DNA of 64,000 bases from an uncultured Chloroflexia bacterium (GCA_963729175.1 CAVSMY010000010.1:264291-328290); one strand, 5' to 3'. Numbered from the stretch's first letter, positions 48,175-58,515 are shown. A program made the numbers and translations. Notes: generated by a model from the sequence alone, not told the origin.

Positions 48175-51100
48175 GTGGGCGACGGGGTCGACCAGGTCAG
48201 GCCGCCGGACGGGGTCAGGCCGCCGGACGGGTCCTGCCACATCTGCGGGACGGCGAACCCGGCCGGGGATCGCTTCTGCGGGTCGTGCGGGGCGGCTCTT
48301 GGTCGGGTCTGCGCCGCCTGCGGGACGCCCGCGCCGGCGACATCCAAGTTCTGCGGGTCCTGCGGGGCGGCGCTCGAGGCGCCTTCGGTCGCGGCGCGGG
48401 GATCGCCAGCGGCCACCGCGACCGCCGAGGCGCTCGAGGAGCGCAGGGTCGTGACCGTCGTCTTCGCCGACCTGGCGGCGTCGACCGAGCTTGCCACCCG
48501 CCTCGACCCCGAGGAGCTGCGGGGCGTCCTGCAGCCGTTCTTCCGGGCGATGAAGGAGGAGGTCGAGCGCCACGGCGGGACGATCGAGAAGTTCATCGGC
48601 GATGCTGTCGTCGCGGTCTTCGGCTATCCGGCCGCGCATGACGACGACCCCGAGCGAGCGGTCCGGGCTGCCCTGGCGATGCAGGTCCGCATGCCGAAGC
48701 TTCGGGCCGGACGGGCCGACGAAGCGGCGTTGCTGACCCTGCGCGTCGCCGTCAACACGGGCGACGTCCTGGCCGCCCACGGCGCGGCGCACGAGGGCTT
48801 CGTGACCGGCGATGCCGTGAACCTCGCGAGCCGCCTCCAGGCCGTGGCGCCGGCAGGTTCTGTCGTCGTCGGGGAGCGGACCTATCGCTCGACCCGCCAC
48901 GCGATCGCGTACCAGGCCCGCGAGGACGTCCCGGTCAAGGGCGTCGAGCGGCCCGTGCCGATGTGGGAAGTGGTCGCCGGCGCGCCGCAGCCCGCGGAGT
49001 CCTTCGGCGCCGATGCGCCGATCGTCGGCCGCGAGCGCGAGCTGGCCCTCCTGGCCGCCGTCCTCGACCGCGCAGCCGACGAGGGCTCGGCGGCGCTCGT
49101 GTCGATCGTCGGCCCGCCCGGGATGGGCAAGAGTCGGCTCGCGAACGAGTTCGCGACCAACGCCGGGACGTCGGCGAGGGTCGTCCGCGCGCGCTGCCAG
49201 CCATTCGGCGGCGGGATCGGCTACTCCCCCCTGGCCGCGATCCTCTGGGACGATGCTGCGATCCTGGAAAGCGATCCGACCTCCACCGTCGAGGCGAAGG
49301 CCCGTGCCGTCGTCCAGCCTCGGTTCGGCGGGGTCGACGCCGAGCGGACGACCGACGTCCTGCTGTCGTCGATCGGCACGATGACGGGCACAGACCCACT
49401 CATCGGGCTGGAGGCGTCGGCCGCCAGGCGAGCGATCGCAGCGGCGTGGCGTCGGTACCTCGGATCGATCACGCGGACCGCGCCGCTCGTCGTCGTCCTC
49501 GAGGACATCCACTGGGCAGAGGCCAGCCTCCTGGAGCTGCTGGAGTCGCTCGCCGCGGGGGTATCCGGCCCGCTCGTGCTGGTCTGCACGGCGCGACCCG
49601 AGATCTTCGAGCGCCGCGCGAGCTGGGGTGGAGGGCTCGCGAACGCGAGCTCGATCTCCCTCCGCCGCCTGTCGATCATGGAAGGCGAGGCACTCATCGG
49701 ACACCTCCTCGGCGGGCCTCCACCGCCCCAGGTCGTCGGGCCGCTGCTGGGACGCTCCGAGGGCAACCCCTTCTTCGTCGGCGAGCTGCTTCGGATGGTC
49801 GTGGAGGATGGCACGCTCCGGCGCGATCCAGGCGGCTGGACGCTCACTCGGGAGGTCCCGACCGAGCTGCCGGACACGGTCCAGGGCGTCATCGCATCGC
49901 GGCTCGACCTCCTGCCGGCCGAGCAGAAGCGGGTGGTCCAGGACGCCGCCGTCGTCGGCCGGATCTTCTGGGCGGGCGCGATCGTGCGGCTCGGCGGTCC
50001 GGTGGCCCTGGCGGCCCTGCCCGAGCTCCTCGATAAGGGGCTGATCCGAGAGCGCGACTCCTCGGCCGTCGAAGGCGAGCGAGAGCTGATCTTCAACCAC
50101 ATCCTCATCCGCGACGTCGCCTACGCCAGCGTCCCGCGGCGTCGCCGTCGGGAGGCTCACGGCGAGGTCGTCGCCTGGCTGGAAGCCGTCGCCCGCGGCC
50201 GCGACGAGACGCTCTCGGAGGCCCTCTGGTACCAGGCATCCGAGGCGGGCGACGACCGACGCTCGGCCCGCTATGCGATGCTCGCCGGCCACCGCCATCG
50301 CCGCGTGTTCGCGGCGGACGATGCGCTCCGCTGGTATGACCGGGCGGTCGACGCCCTCGACGCGATGCCGCCCGACGACGCATCGCTCCCGCTCATCGAG
50401 ACGACGCTCTCGCGGGCCGAGGCAGCCGTCCAGCTCGGACACCTCGAGGCCGCACGGGCCGACTGCGAGCGCGCGCTCGCGGCCGCCAGGACGCGCCCAC
50501 CGGGCAGCCGCGAGTGGCTCGAAGGCCGGGCCCTGGCCGCCCTGGTCGAGGTCCTCTGGGCCGAGGAGCGCTACGACGACGCCGAGGCCCTGCTGCCCGA
50601 AGCCCTCCTGGCAGCGCGGGACCAGCTTGCCGACGACCTCATCGGCCGGTTGCTGTGCGGGACCGGCCGCGTGGCCCTCGATCGCGGCCGCCCGACCGAG
50701 GCACTGTCGCGCTTCGAGGAAGCGCTCGCCGTCGCGGAAGACGCCGAGGATCGCGAAGGCCAAGCGCTCGCGCGCATGGGTCTCATGGAGGTCCGACTGG
50801 CCGTCGGCCCGTTCGAGGACGGGCTGGACCAGGGCCGCCGCGCCGAGGCTCTGCTGCGGGCCCTCGGACAGCGACCACTCGTCCATCGAGCGGAACGGAC
50901 CATGGCCGCCCTCCACTGGCTCGAAGGGCGGTACGCCGAGGCGCGCGACCTCGCCGAAGCCGCCGTGACCGGGGGCCGCGACGTCGGGACCCGAGCCGAC
51001 CTCTCCGGGGCGCTGTCCGTCCTCGGCCTCGCCGACCTCGCGCTCGGCGACATCGAGGGTGCCAGGCGATCGGCGGACGAGGCGGTCGCGATCGCGCTGG

Positions 51101-51429
51101 AGCTGGGTTCGACACGGCTCGAGCTCACGGTGCGGGCCGCTCGGGTCGTCGTCCTGGCCGAGCTCGGGGCGCGCGACCCGCTGGCCGTGGACGTCGAGGC
51201 CGGGCTGGCGGCCAGCGCCACCCTCGGCCGGCCGGCGATGGCCCGCCCGTTCCTTGCCGGACGCGCCTGGCTCGAAGCCCGCGACGGTGACGTACCGGCC
51301 GCTCGCGAGACCCTTGCGGCCGCCGCCGAACTCGGATCCGACGATCGGCTCGCCGAGGCCCTGGCCGACCGGGTCGCCGTTCTAGTCCTTGGTGCCTCCG
51401 GGATGTCCGAGGCGCGCGCTCAGGCGTAG
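48175..51429 (+). CDS. STAND-type signalling protein: double zinc ribbon, class III adenylyl/guanylyl cyclase, AAA/NB-ARC ATPase, then TPR array
   Basis: CHICGTANPAGDRFCGSCGAAL and CAACGTPAPATSKFCGSCGAAL. Cyclase VTVVFADLAAST...FIGDAVVAVFG...VAVNTGDV. P-loop GPPGMGKSRL. Long alpha-helical, TPR-like C-terminus. GTG start inferred. An 18-bp tandem duplication (VRPPDG x2) lies at ~48199-48234. Confidence 0.85.
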   Translation: MGDGVDQVRPPDGVRPPDGSCHICGTANPAGDRFCGSCGAALGRVCAACGTPAPATSKFCGSCGAALEAPSVAARGSPAATATAEALEERRVVTVVFADLAASTELATRLDPEELRGVLQPFFRAMKEEVERHGGTIEKFIGDAVVAVFGYPAAHDDDPERAVRAALAMQVRMPKLRAGRADEAALLTLRVAVNTGDVLAAHGAAHEGFVTGDAVNLASRLQAVAPAGSVVVGERTYRSTRHAIAYQAREDVPVKGVERPVPMWEVVAGAPQPAESFGADAPIVGRERELALLAAVLDRAADEGSAALVSIVGPPGMGKSRLANEFATNAGTSARVVRARCQPFGGGIGYSPLAAILWDDAAILESDPTSTVEAKARAVVQPRFGGVDAERTTDVLLSSIGTMTGTDPLIGLEASAARRAIAAAWRRYLGSITRTAPLVVVLEDIHWAEASLLELLESLAAGVSGPLVLVCTARPEIFERRASWGGGLANASSISLRRLSIMEGEALIGHLLGGPPPPQVVGPLLGRSEGNPFFVGELLRMVVEDGTLRRDPGGWTLTREVPTELPDTVQGVIASRLDLLPAEQKRVVQDAAVVGRIFWAGAIVRLGGPVALAALPELLDKGLIRERDSSAVEGERELIFNHILIRDVAYASVPRRRRREAHGEVVAWLEAVARGRDETLSEALWYQASEAGDDRRSARYAMLAGHRHRRVFAADDALRWYDRAVDALDAMPPDDASLPLIETTLSRAEAAVQLGHLEAARADCERALAAARTRPPGSREWLEGRALAALVEVLWAEERYDDAEALLPEALLAARDQLADDLIGRLLCGTGRVALDRGRPTEALSRFEEALAVAEDAEDREGQALARMGLMEVRLAVGPFEDGLDQGRRAEALLRALGQRPLVHRAERTMAALHWLEGRYAEARDLAEAAVTGGRDVGTRADLSGALSVLGLADLALGDIEGARRSADEAVAIALELGSTRLELTVRAARVVVLAELGARDPLAVDVEAGLAASATLGRPAMARPFLAGRAWLEARDGDVPAARETLAAAAELGSDDRLAEALADRVAVLVLGASGMSEARAQA

Positions 51430-51785
51430 GCGATCGTCTTCGCGCCCGCCACGACCTCTTCGATGACCCTGGCCGCCCCGACGATCTTCGCGCCCTCGGC
51501 GAGCAGCTCGTCCGTGATCGAACGGGGCTTGGTGCATGTCCCGCACAGCCAGACCTCGCCGCCGTTCTCGATGTACTCGGCGTACAGCTCGGGCAGCGGC
51601 CGGAAGCCCTCCTTCTCGACGCCCTCGGTCCCGCCCTTCGTCCCGAGCCATACACCCTCGATCGTGCACATGATGGCCGTTTCCTGGCCGGCCATGGCCG
51701 CGACGTTCGCGGCGACGAACGGAAGGATCGCCCGCTCCGGATCATCCTTGCCGTGGCTGCAGATAAAGATCAACCGGTCGCTCAT
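51420..51785 (-). CDS. DsrE/DsrF-like family protein
   Basis: LIFICSHGKDDPERAILPF..., the DsrE/peroxiredoxin-like fold family. Confidence 0.7.
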   Translation of the reverse strand: MSDRLIFICSHGKDDPERAILPFVAANVAAMAGQETAIMCTIEGVWLGTKGGTEGVEKEGFRPLPELYAEYIENGGEVWLCGTCTKPRSITDELLAEGAKIVGAARVIEEVVAGAKTIAYA

Positions 51786-51793
51786 GGCCTCCC

Positions 51794-52250
51794 TCAACGC
51801 ATCCGCTCGACACCGATGCGAAGGGCGCCGTCATCCTGGGGTTTGATCCAGCGCACGCGGTGGCCGAGCATCCGAGCGAATGGCGGAACGTCCTCCTTGG
51901 AGGACGGGTCGTAGACGACGAACTCGACGACGTCGCCCACGTCGACCGCCTGGAGCTGGCGGCGTTGGATCGATCGGTAGCCGATCGCAGCCCAACCAGC
52001 CGGCGTCGAAGCGGACCACCCGACCGATGGGCTCGCCGTCCTCTCCGATGATCTTCGGGACGGTCTCTGGACCGAGAGCGGCTGTCGGCTCTTCCGATGA
52101 GGCCATCGGCGTCTCCCTCCCTGAGCCGGCGCGCCCGGGCGTCGCAGACCCGGGCCGACCGGACTCGACTATACCGCGCCGGTCGACCCAGCCATCCCGG
52201 GCCGCGCGCGTCCCATATGCGACGATGGCCGCAGATGCCAGGCGACCCAC
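51794..52250 (-). CDS. Hypothetical protein split over two frames (apparent frameshift near 52020)
   Basis: N-part MASSEEPTAALGPETVPKIIGEDGEPIGRVVRFDAGW (one frame). C-part ...IQRRQLQAVDVGDVVEFVVYDPSSKEDVPPFARMLGHRVRWIKPQDDGALRIGVERMR (other frame), ending just before the DsrE SD. Confidence 0.35.
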
Positions 52251-53008
52251 GGCTCCACTTCCTCGGCCACTCGACGTTCCTCATCGAGCTCGACGGCCTC
52301 CGGATCCTGACCGACCCGGCGCTGCGCGGGATCATCGGGCCGCTGGTCCGATCGGGCCCGCTGCCGACGGAGGACGACTACCGCGACATCGACCTGATCC
52401 TCATCAGCCACCTCCATCTCGACCACCTCGACATGCCGTCGTTGCGGCGCATCCGCGGGCATCCACCGGTCGTCGCGCCACAGGGCAGCGGCGACCTCAT
52501 CCGCCGGAACCGCGTCCGGGAGGTCATCGAGATGGTCCCCGGTCGACGACTCCGGTTCGGCGGGATCACGATCCGCCCGACCCGGGCCGACCATCCCGGG
52601 ATGCGCCCGCCGTTCGGCCCGACCGGGCCGGCGCTCGGGTTCATGCTCGAAGGCGCCGAGCGGCGGATCTACTTCGCCGGCGACACCGAGGTCTTCCCCC
52701 AGATGGCCCGGTTCGATGGCCCGGACATCGCCCTCCTGCCGGTCGGCGGCTGGGGCCTGACGCATGGTCCGGGACACATGGACCCCGAGGAGGCGGCAAG
52801 GGCGACGGCGATGATCCGGCCGCGCGTCGTCGTCCCGATGCACTGGGGCACATTCTGGCCACGCGGTCTCTCGATGCTCGCGCCCGAACGGCGGCACGGC
52901 GCGGCGGCACTGTTCGTCCGCCACGCCCGCGAGCTCGCCCCTGATGCGGCGGTCCGCGTCGCCTTGCCCGGCGAGCGCGTGTCGCTGCCCCGCAGCCACG
53001 GCCGATGA
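52235..53008 (+). CDS. MBL-fold metallo-hydrolase
   Basis: HLHLDHLD (HxHxDH) motif. The stop overlaps the map start (ATGA). Confidence 0.8.
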   Translation: MPGDPRLHFLGHSTFLIELDGLRILTDPALRGIIGPLVRSGPLPTEDDYRDIDLILISHLHLDHLDMPSLRRIRGHPPVVAPQGSGDLIRRNRVREVIEMVPGRRLRFGGITIRPTRADHPGMRPPFGPTGPALGFMLEGAERRIYFAGDTEVFPQMARFDGPDIALLPVGGWGLTHGPGHMDPEEAARATAMIRPRVVVPMHWGTFWPRGLSMLAPERRHGAAALFVRHARELAPDAAVRVALPGERVSLPRSHGR

Positions 53009-53796
53009 CCGCGACCGGACTCGTCACCCGCAAGTCGAGCCGTGAGATCGCGGCGATGGAGCGCGCCGGCCGGGTCGTCGCCGAGGTCCTCGCGCTCGTC
53101 GAGTCCGAGCTGCGACCGGGCGTCACCGCAGCCCACCTCGATGCCGTCGCCGAGGCCCACATCCGAAGCTCCGGGGCGACGCCGTCGTTCAAGGGCTACA
53201 TCGTCTCGCCCGACGACCCGCCGTTCCCTGGCTCGATCTGTGTCTCGATCGACGACGAGGTCGTCCACGGGATCCCGGATCAGCGGGTCATCCGGGCGGG
53301 CCAGCTGGTCTCGATCGACGCCGGCGCGATCGTCGACGGCTGGCACGGCGACGCGGCGCGGTCGTTCTGGGTCGCCGACGCTGATGACGACCCGCCGGTC
53401 GCGGTCGCGATGCTGATCGAGACGACCCGCCTGGCCCTGCTGGCCGGCATCGCTGCCGCTCAGCCAGGCGCCCGGATCGGCGACATCTCAGGGGCGATCG
53501 AGGACGTCGCGGATGCCGCCGGGCTCGGCATCGTCCGCGAGTGCGTGGGCCACGGGATCGGGACGAGGATGCACGAGCCACCGGACGTGCCGAACTTCCG
53601 GACGCGCTCAGCGGGGCTTCGGCTCGAGCCTGGGTTGTGCCTGGCGATCGAGCCGATGCTCACCCTCGGCGACCCGGACATCGGGATCCTCGACGATGGC
53701 TGGACGATCGTGACCCAGGACGGCTCGCTGGCCTGTCACTTCGAACACACCATCGCGATCACGGCCGACGGCCCCAGGATCCTCACGACCGTCTGA
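53005..53796 (+). CDS. map: Methionine aminopeptidase, type I
   Basis: Pita-bread fold metal ligands (D..D..H..E..E context, VGHGIGTRMHEPPDVPNF). Confidence 0.9.
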   Translation: MTATGLVTRKSSREIAAMERAGRVVAEVLALVESELRPGVTAAHLDAVAEAHIRSSGATPSFKGYIVSPDDPPFPGSICVSIDDEVVHGIPDQRVIRAGQLVSIDAGAIVDGWHGDAARSFWVADADDDPPVAVAMLIETTRLALLAGIAAAQPGARIGDISGAIEDVADAAGLGIVRECVGHGIGTRMHEPPDVPNFRTRSAGLRLEPGLCLAIEPMLTLGDPDIGILDDGWTIVTQDGSLACHFEHTIAITADGPRILTTV

Positions 53797-53969
53797 CCAC
53801 TGAGGCGCAAGGACGCCGCGGTCCGGGCCGACCATTCGACCTGTCCGGGAGACCGTCGTTCGTCCATGCCGAGGAGCGACCGACGTCGCTCGCCCGCGAC
53901 AGGCGCGAGGGGCGAGGATGACGGCACGACAGCACGGACGCTGCCGCAGACGAAAGGAGGTGTTGCACG

Positions 53970-54090
53970 ATGGCCACCCAGACCTGGACGCACGAGATCG
54001 ACGCCAGCCTCGGCCGGCTGACGGCCCTCCTCCTGGCGCTGCTCGCCGTCCTGCTGGCGCTCGGGATCGTGGCTCACGTCGCGGCCGCCT
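53970..54090 (+). CDS. Small hydrophobic protein (40 aa), not in the ORF track
   Basis: AAAGGAGGTG SD 7 nt upstream of ATG. MATQTWTHEIDASLGRLTALLLALLAVLLALGIVAHVAAA with a single TM helix. Confidence 0.4.
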
Positions 54091-54162
54091 GATCCCGGAC
54101 CCGCTGCTCGGTCCGGTCGATCCCCCCTCGATCCGGGCCGAGCAGCCCGGCATAGACATGGA

Positions 54163-54191
54163 TCAGGCCTCGGCGCTCACCGCCGAGGCCT
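54163..54191. terminator. Bidirectional hairpin
   Basis: CAGGCCTCGGCG-ctcac-CGCCGAGGCCTG (12-bp perfect stem). Confidence 0.45.
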
Positions 54192-54212
54192 GACCGTCCC
54201 TGGGATGCGTTC

Positions 54213-54770
54213 TCAGACGGGCGAGAGCTCCTCGTCGGCGAACATGCCGATCGTCTCGGTCCCATCGTCGCTGTCGCCGAGCACCTCGAGATGTGCCCCG
54301 GGGAAGAAGAACCCGAGCATCAGCGCTGCGGAGACCGCCTCGACGTCGTAGCGGTTCACGAGGATCCGGCCGTGGAGGGCGATGACGATGTCGTGGTCCT
54401 CGCGGAGCCGGACGGTCGCCTCGCGCAGCAGCACGAAGGTGCCGGTCGGGCGTGCCAGGGCCCGCCCCGGATCGAACCCCGGGAGCGTCGGCAGCTGGCC
54501 GGTGATGTGATACGGGCCGATATCGAGCGAGACGTCATGCCAGGTCGCGTGGACCGGCACCTCGGTCTCGTCGGGTACGACCAGCAGCAGCGCATCGGAG
54601 CGCAGGATCGCCGCGGCGGCTTCCTCGCGTCGGCCGTCCAGTCCCAGGCCGTGGTACGGGGCGACCCGCACCTCGCCGAATGTCTCGAGGACATCCCGGA
54701 GCCGGCCGGGTGCGTCGACCACGCCGGTGAGGACCCCCTCGCCGGTATAGGCCTCGATCGGGATCGCCAT
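54213..54770 (-). CDS. Hypothetical protein (186 aa)
   Basis: MAIPIEAYTGEGVLTGVVDAPGRLRDVLETFGE...; coding-like codon usage. The upstream part of the long ORF is antisense to the helicase leader and was rejected. Confidence 0.5.
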   Translation of the reverse strand: MAIPIEAYTGEGVLTGVVDAPGRLRDVLETFGEVRVAPYHGLGLDGRREEAAAAILRSDALLLVVPDETEVPVHATWHDVSLDIGPYHITGQLPTLPGFDPGRALARPTGTFVLLREATVRLREDHDIVIALHGRILVNRYDVEAVSAALMLGFFFPGAHLEVLGDSDDGTETIGMFADEELSPV

Positions 54771-55118
54771 GTCTCGCTCCCCGCGCGGACGGCGAGCCTG
54801 CGCCGCGCCGGAGCGGCCCGCCAGCCCCGCCCGTACCGCGCGCGGGCGGCATTCGTACCCGCTCACGAGGTGGGCGCGCGCCTTCCCGGTGCGTCGGTGC
54901 ACCGCGATGAGACTGGACCGCCGCGCGTCATCCGCTATGCTTGCGTTCCGGAAGGGCAAACACATGGTCCTTCCGTCGACCGGCCGGCCGCCGACCGCTC
55001 GACTCATCCCGTCGAGCGAGGCGCATCCCGGTGCCACCAGAGACCCAGGCACCGCCCCCGGATCGACACCCCAGCCACGAGCCGGAGACATGATCCCGGC
55101 CGTCATGGAGATACGGAC

Positions 55119-56420
55119 CTGACGTTCAGCGACCTCGGCCTTTCGGCCGAACTCCTCCGCGCTATCGCGGACGAGGGTTATACCGAACCCACCCCCATCC
55201 AGCAGCAGGCCATCCCCGTCGTGCTCGCCGGTCGCGATGTCCTCGCGACGGCCCAGACAGGGACTGGCAAGACCGCCGCCTTCGTCCTGCCGATCCTGCA
55301 GCGCCTGGCACCCCACGGCAACGTGAGCTTCTCGCCGGCCCGCCACCCCGTCCGGGCCCTCGTGCTGGCACCGACCCGCGAGCTCGCGGTCCAGGTCGAG
55401 GAGATGGCCCGCGGCTACGGCCGCCACCAGCGGCTCCGGAGCGCCGTCGTCTATGGCGGCGTGCCGATCGATCCCCAGGCAAAGCAGCTCCTGGCCGGGG
55501 TCGAGATCCTTGTCGCGACCCCGGGTCGGCTGCTCGATCACATGGGCAGCCGCACGGCGAACCTCGGCCAGGTCGAGATCCTCGTCCTCGACGAGGCCGA
55601 TCGGATGCTCGACATGGGCTTCATGCCCGACATCCGGCGCATCCTCGACGCCCTGCCGGCACGACGCCAGAACCTGCTCTTCTCGGCGACCTTCTCGGAT
55701 GACGTCCGGGCGCTGTCGTCGACGATCCTCCGCGATCCCGAGCGGATCGCCGTCGCGCCGGCCAATGCGACCGCCGACCGCGTCCGACAGCTCGTCTACC
55801 CGGTCGACCGCGACCGCAAGGAGGAGCTCCTCGCCCACCTCATCCGTCGCTACGACCTCCGCCAGGCCCTCGTCTTCACTCGGACGAAGATCGCCGCCGC
55901 CCGGCTCGCCTCGTGGCTCGACCGGCGGGGCATCGAGGCGACCGCGATCCACGGCGACCGCAACCAGGTCGAGCGGATGAAGGCCCTCGAGATGTTCAAG
56001 TCCGGCGAGGTCCGGGTCCTCGTGGCGACCGATGTCGCGGCCCGAGGCCTCGATATCGAGGAGCTGCCGCACGTCATCAACTTCGAGCTGCCGTTCGATC
56101 CCCAGGACTACATCCACCGGATCGGTCGGACCGCCCGGGCCGGGTCCGACGGCGACGCGATCAGCCTCGTCTGCATCGACGAGACGGATCTCCTCCGAGC
56201 GGTCCAGCGACTCCTCAAGACGGCGATCCCGTGGACGGTCGAAGAGGGATTCGTCCCCGATCGCAACGTCGAGCCACGGCCGGTCCGCATCCCCGGCGGC
56301 GCTCGACCGTCCGGCGGCGGCCACGCATCATCGTCGGCAGGTCGCTCGCGCGGTGGTCCGCGGTCCGGCGGTCCCCGCCGTGGTGGTCGCGGATCGCGTC
56401 GTTCCGAGGCCGCCGCCTAG
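55119..56420 (+). CDS. DEAD-box ATP-dependent RNA helicase (RhlE/DeaD-like) with an Arg/Gly-rich C-terminal tail
   Basis: Q motif, TGTGKT (motif I), DEAD, SAT, HGD, HRIGRTAR. No in-frame ATG or GTG start; ATG 55105 is at +1 frame (MEIRT*), suggesting a 1-nt indel or a non-canonical start. Confidence 0.85.
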   Translation: MTFSDLGLSAELLRAIADEGYTEPTPIQQQAIPVVLAGRDVLATAQTGTGKTAAFVLPILQRLAPHGNVSFSPARHPVRALVLAPTRELAVQVEEMARGYGRHQRLRSAVVYGGVPIDPQAKQLLAGVEILVATPGRLLDHMGSRTANLGQVEILVLDEADRMLDMGFMPDIRRILDALPARRQNLLFSATFSDDVRALSSTILRDPERIAVAPANATADRVRQLVYPVDRDRKEELLAHLIRRYDLRQALVFTRTKIAAARLASWLDRRGIEATAIHGDRNQVERMKALEMFKSGEVRVLVATDVAARGLDIEELPHVINFELPFDPQDYIHRIGRTARAGSDGDAISLVCIDETDLLRAVQRLLKTAIPWTVEEGFVPDRNVEPRPVRIPGGARPSGGGHASSSAGRSRGGPRSGGPRRGGRGSRRSEAAA

Positions 56421-56753
56421 CCCCTCTCGTCAGAACCCCGCCCGGAGCGGGCCGAGCCACGCCCCGAGCAGAGCGGGCGCAGACACTGCGGCCGAACCCA
56501 TCGGTCGGGATGGCCAGCCAGCGGCCCTGTCGTCGAACGCTCGACGGACCGATCCCCGGCCGACCGCGATCCTCCGACGTCCGGTCCGCCAGGTGAGTCA
56601 TCCGTCGGAGGAACACGCCCTGGGCGCCTCGCCCCCTGCGGGCGCCGGGCGTTCCTTCGACTGTAGGGCCGCTGGATGGACACCTGGAACGCTACGAGGC
56701 TCGGGTCACCCCGCTCCGAGCTGGCGACAGCCCGCTCTGCCGGCGACGGCCCG

Positions 56754-58343
56754 CTAGGCGACCGCTCGCTCCGAGCTGACGACGACCGGAGGCGCCCCCG
56801 CAGCGTCGGCGCCCGCAGCATCGGCGCCCGCGGGCGCCGTCGAAGCCGCCTTCGCCGGCATTCCGACGACCGCGACCACCGAGCCCGCGATGGCGAAGCC
56901 GATGCCGATGACCGACGTCCACGACTGGGCTGCGACGAACGCCTCGCGAGCCGCCGTCGCCAGGGCCAGACCGGCGTCGCCACCGAGCTGGCCGGCGATC
57001 GTCAGGGCCGCGACGAGCGACTCCTTCGCCGCCGCTGCCGCCTCCGGCGGGAGCCCGGCGACCGCCGGGGCCATCGCCGCGGCGTAGCTCGCTGCGAACA
57101 GGCTGCCCAGGACCGCGACGCCCAGCGCTCCGCCGATCTCGCGGACCGTGTCGTTGACGGCCGACCCGACGCCGAACTGCTCCCTCGGCACGGCGGCCAT
57201 GATCGAGTCGGTCGCCGGCGTCATCGCCAGCCCGATGCCGGCCGCGACGATGAGCAGGACCATGCTCAGCTCGAGGTCGCCCGACCGCGTCCCGAGGGTC
57301 GCCATGAGCCCCAGCCCGGCCGCCACGACGAGCAGCCCGAGCGCGGTGGTGAAGCGCGGCCCGATGCGGCTCGTCAGGGTCGCCGCGATCGGGGCGACCG
57401 CGATCACGCCGACGGCGATCGGGATGAACCGGATCCCGGTGTCGAAGGCCGACAGGCCAAGGACCCCCTGGAGATATTGGGTCAGGAAGAACAGGGCGCC
57501 CATGAGGCTGAAGAAGACGAGCGTGATCGACAGGCTGGCGGCGCTGAACCGGCGGTCCCGAAAGAGTCGGATGTCGAGCATCGGCGACTCGATCCGGCGC
57601 TCCCAGGCGACGAACGACCCGAGCGAGACGGCTGCCACGGTCAGAGAGACCCAGATGACCGGGTCGCCCAGGCCGCGGACCGGCACCTCGATGATGCCGT
57701 AGACGAGGGTCGCCAAGCCGACGACCGAGAGGGCCGCCCCGACCAGATCGAGCGACACTCGCCCCGGCGCCCGCGATTCGGGGACGACGAGCAGCGTCAT
57801 CACGATGCCGACGATGACGAACGGGATGTTCACGAGGAAGACCGACGACCAGGCGAAGTGCTCGAGCAGCCAGCCGCCGAGGATCGGGCCGACGACGATC
57901 CCGAGACCCGAGACCGCCGACCAGGTCGCGATCGCCTTCGGCCGCTCGGCGGCCGAGAAGACGTCGGCCAGGATCGACAGCGTCGAGGGCATCGCGAAGG
58001 CCGCGCCGAGGCCCATGAAGCCCCGCAGGGCGATCAGGGTCGTGGTGTCGCTGACGAGCGGCGCCAGGGCCGAGCCGAGACCGAACAGGACCAGGCCGAT
58101 GATGAGCATCCGGCGGCGGCCGAAACGGTCCGACAGCGCTCCGGCGACGAGGAGCATGCCGGCGAAGACGAGGATGTAGGCGTCGACCATCCACTGGAGC
58201 TCGCTGTTCGTCGCACCCAGGGCGACCGACAGCGTCGGCAGCGCGATGGTGAGGATCGTGTTGTCGAGGCTGATCGCGAACAGGGCCAGGATGAGGACCC
58301 CGAGGATCGCCCAGCGGCGAGGATGTCCGGTCTGCTGCTCCAC
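56754..58343 (-). CDS. MFS drug:H+ antiporter, 14-TMS DHA2 (EmrB/QacA) family
   Basis: 529 aa, 14 predicted TM helices. Motifs LDNTILTIALP and GALSDRFGRRRML. Confidence 0.9.
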   Translation of the reverse strand: MEQQTGHPRRWAILGVLILALFAISLDNTILTIALPTLSVALGATNSELQWMVDAYILVFAGMLLVAGALSDRFGRRRMLIIGLVLFGLGSALAPLVSDTTTLIALRGFMGLGAAFAMPSTLSILADVFSAAERPKAIATWSAVSGLGIVVGPILGGWLLEHFAWSSVFLVNIPFVIVGIVMTLLVVPESRAPGRVSLDLVGAALSVVGLATLVYGIIEVPVRGLGDPVIWVSLTVAAVSLGSFVAWERRIESPMLDIRLFRDRRFSAASLSITLVFFSLMGALFFLTQYLQGVLGLSAFDTGIRFIPIAVGVIAVAPIAATLTSRIGPRFTTALGLLVVAAGLGLMATLGTRSGDLELSMVLLIVAAGIGLAMTPATDSIMAAVPREQFGVGSAVNDTVREIGGALGVAVLGSLFAASYAAAMAPAVAGLPPEAAAAAKESLVAALTIAGQLGGDAGLALATAAREAFVAAQSWTSVIGIGFAIAGSVVAVVGMPAKAASTAPAGADAAGADAAGAPPVVVSSERAVA

Positions 58344-58379
58344 CGTCGGTCTCCGTTCAAAGTCCGCGCCTGGACGCGG

Positions 58380-58495
58380 CGTCGTACACTGGTCGGGTCG
58401 GCTCGTACAGTGTTCGAGTCGACGAATGAAGGGAGGCTACTCGTACGGTGTGCGAGTGTCAAGGACAGTGTACCACTACCTCGTACGACGTTCGA
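58380..58495. promoter_or_regulatory. Divergent promoter/operator region with five copies of a CGTACASTG half-site
   Basis: cgtacactg (58383), cgtacagtg (58404), cgtacggtg (58442), cagtgtacc (58466, inverted), cgtacgacg (58482). AT-enriched. Confidence 0.5.
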
Positions 58496-58515
58496 CGTAG
58501 TCGGCCGTCGGACAG

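Noticed and set aside
54771-56324. Upstream part of the 703-aa minus-strand ORF (54213..56324)
   Set aside because: Antisense to the DEAD-box helicase, which has all the canonical motifs. Only 54213-54770 has coding-like composition on the minus strand.
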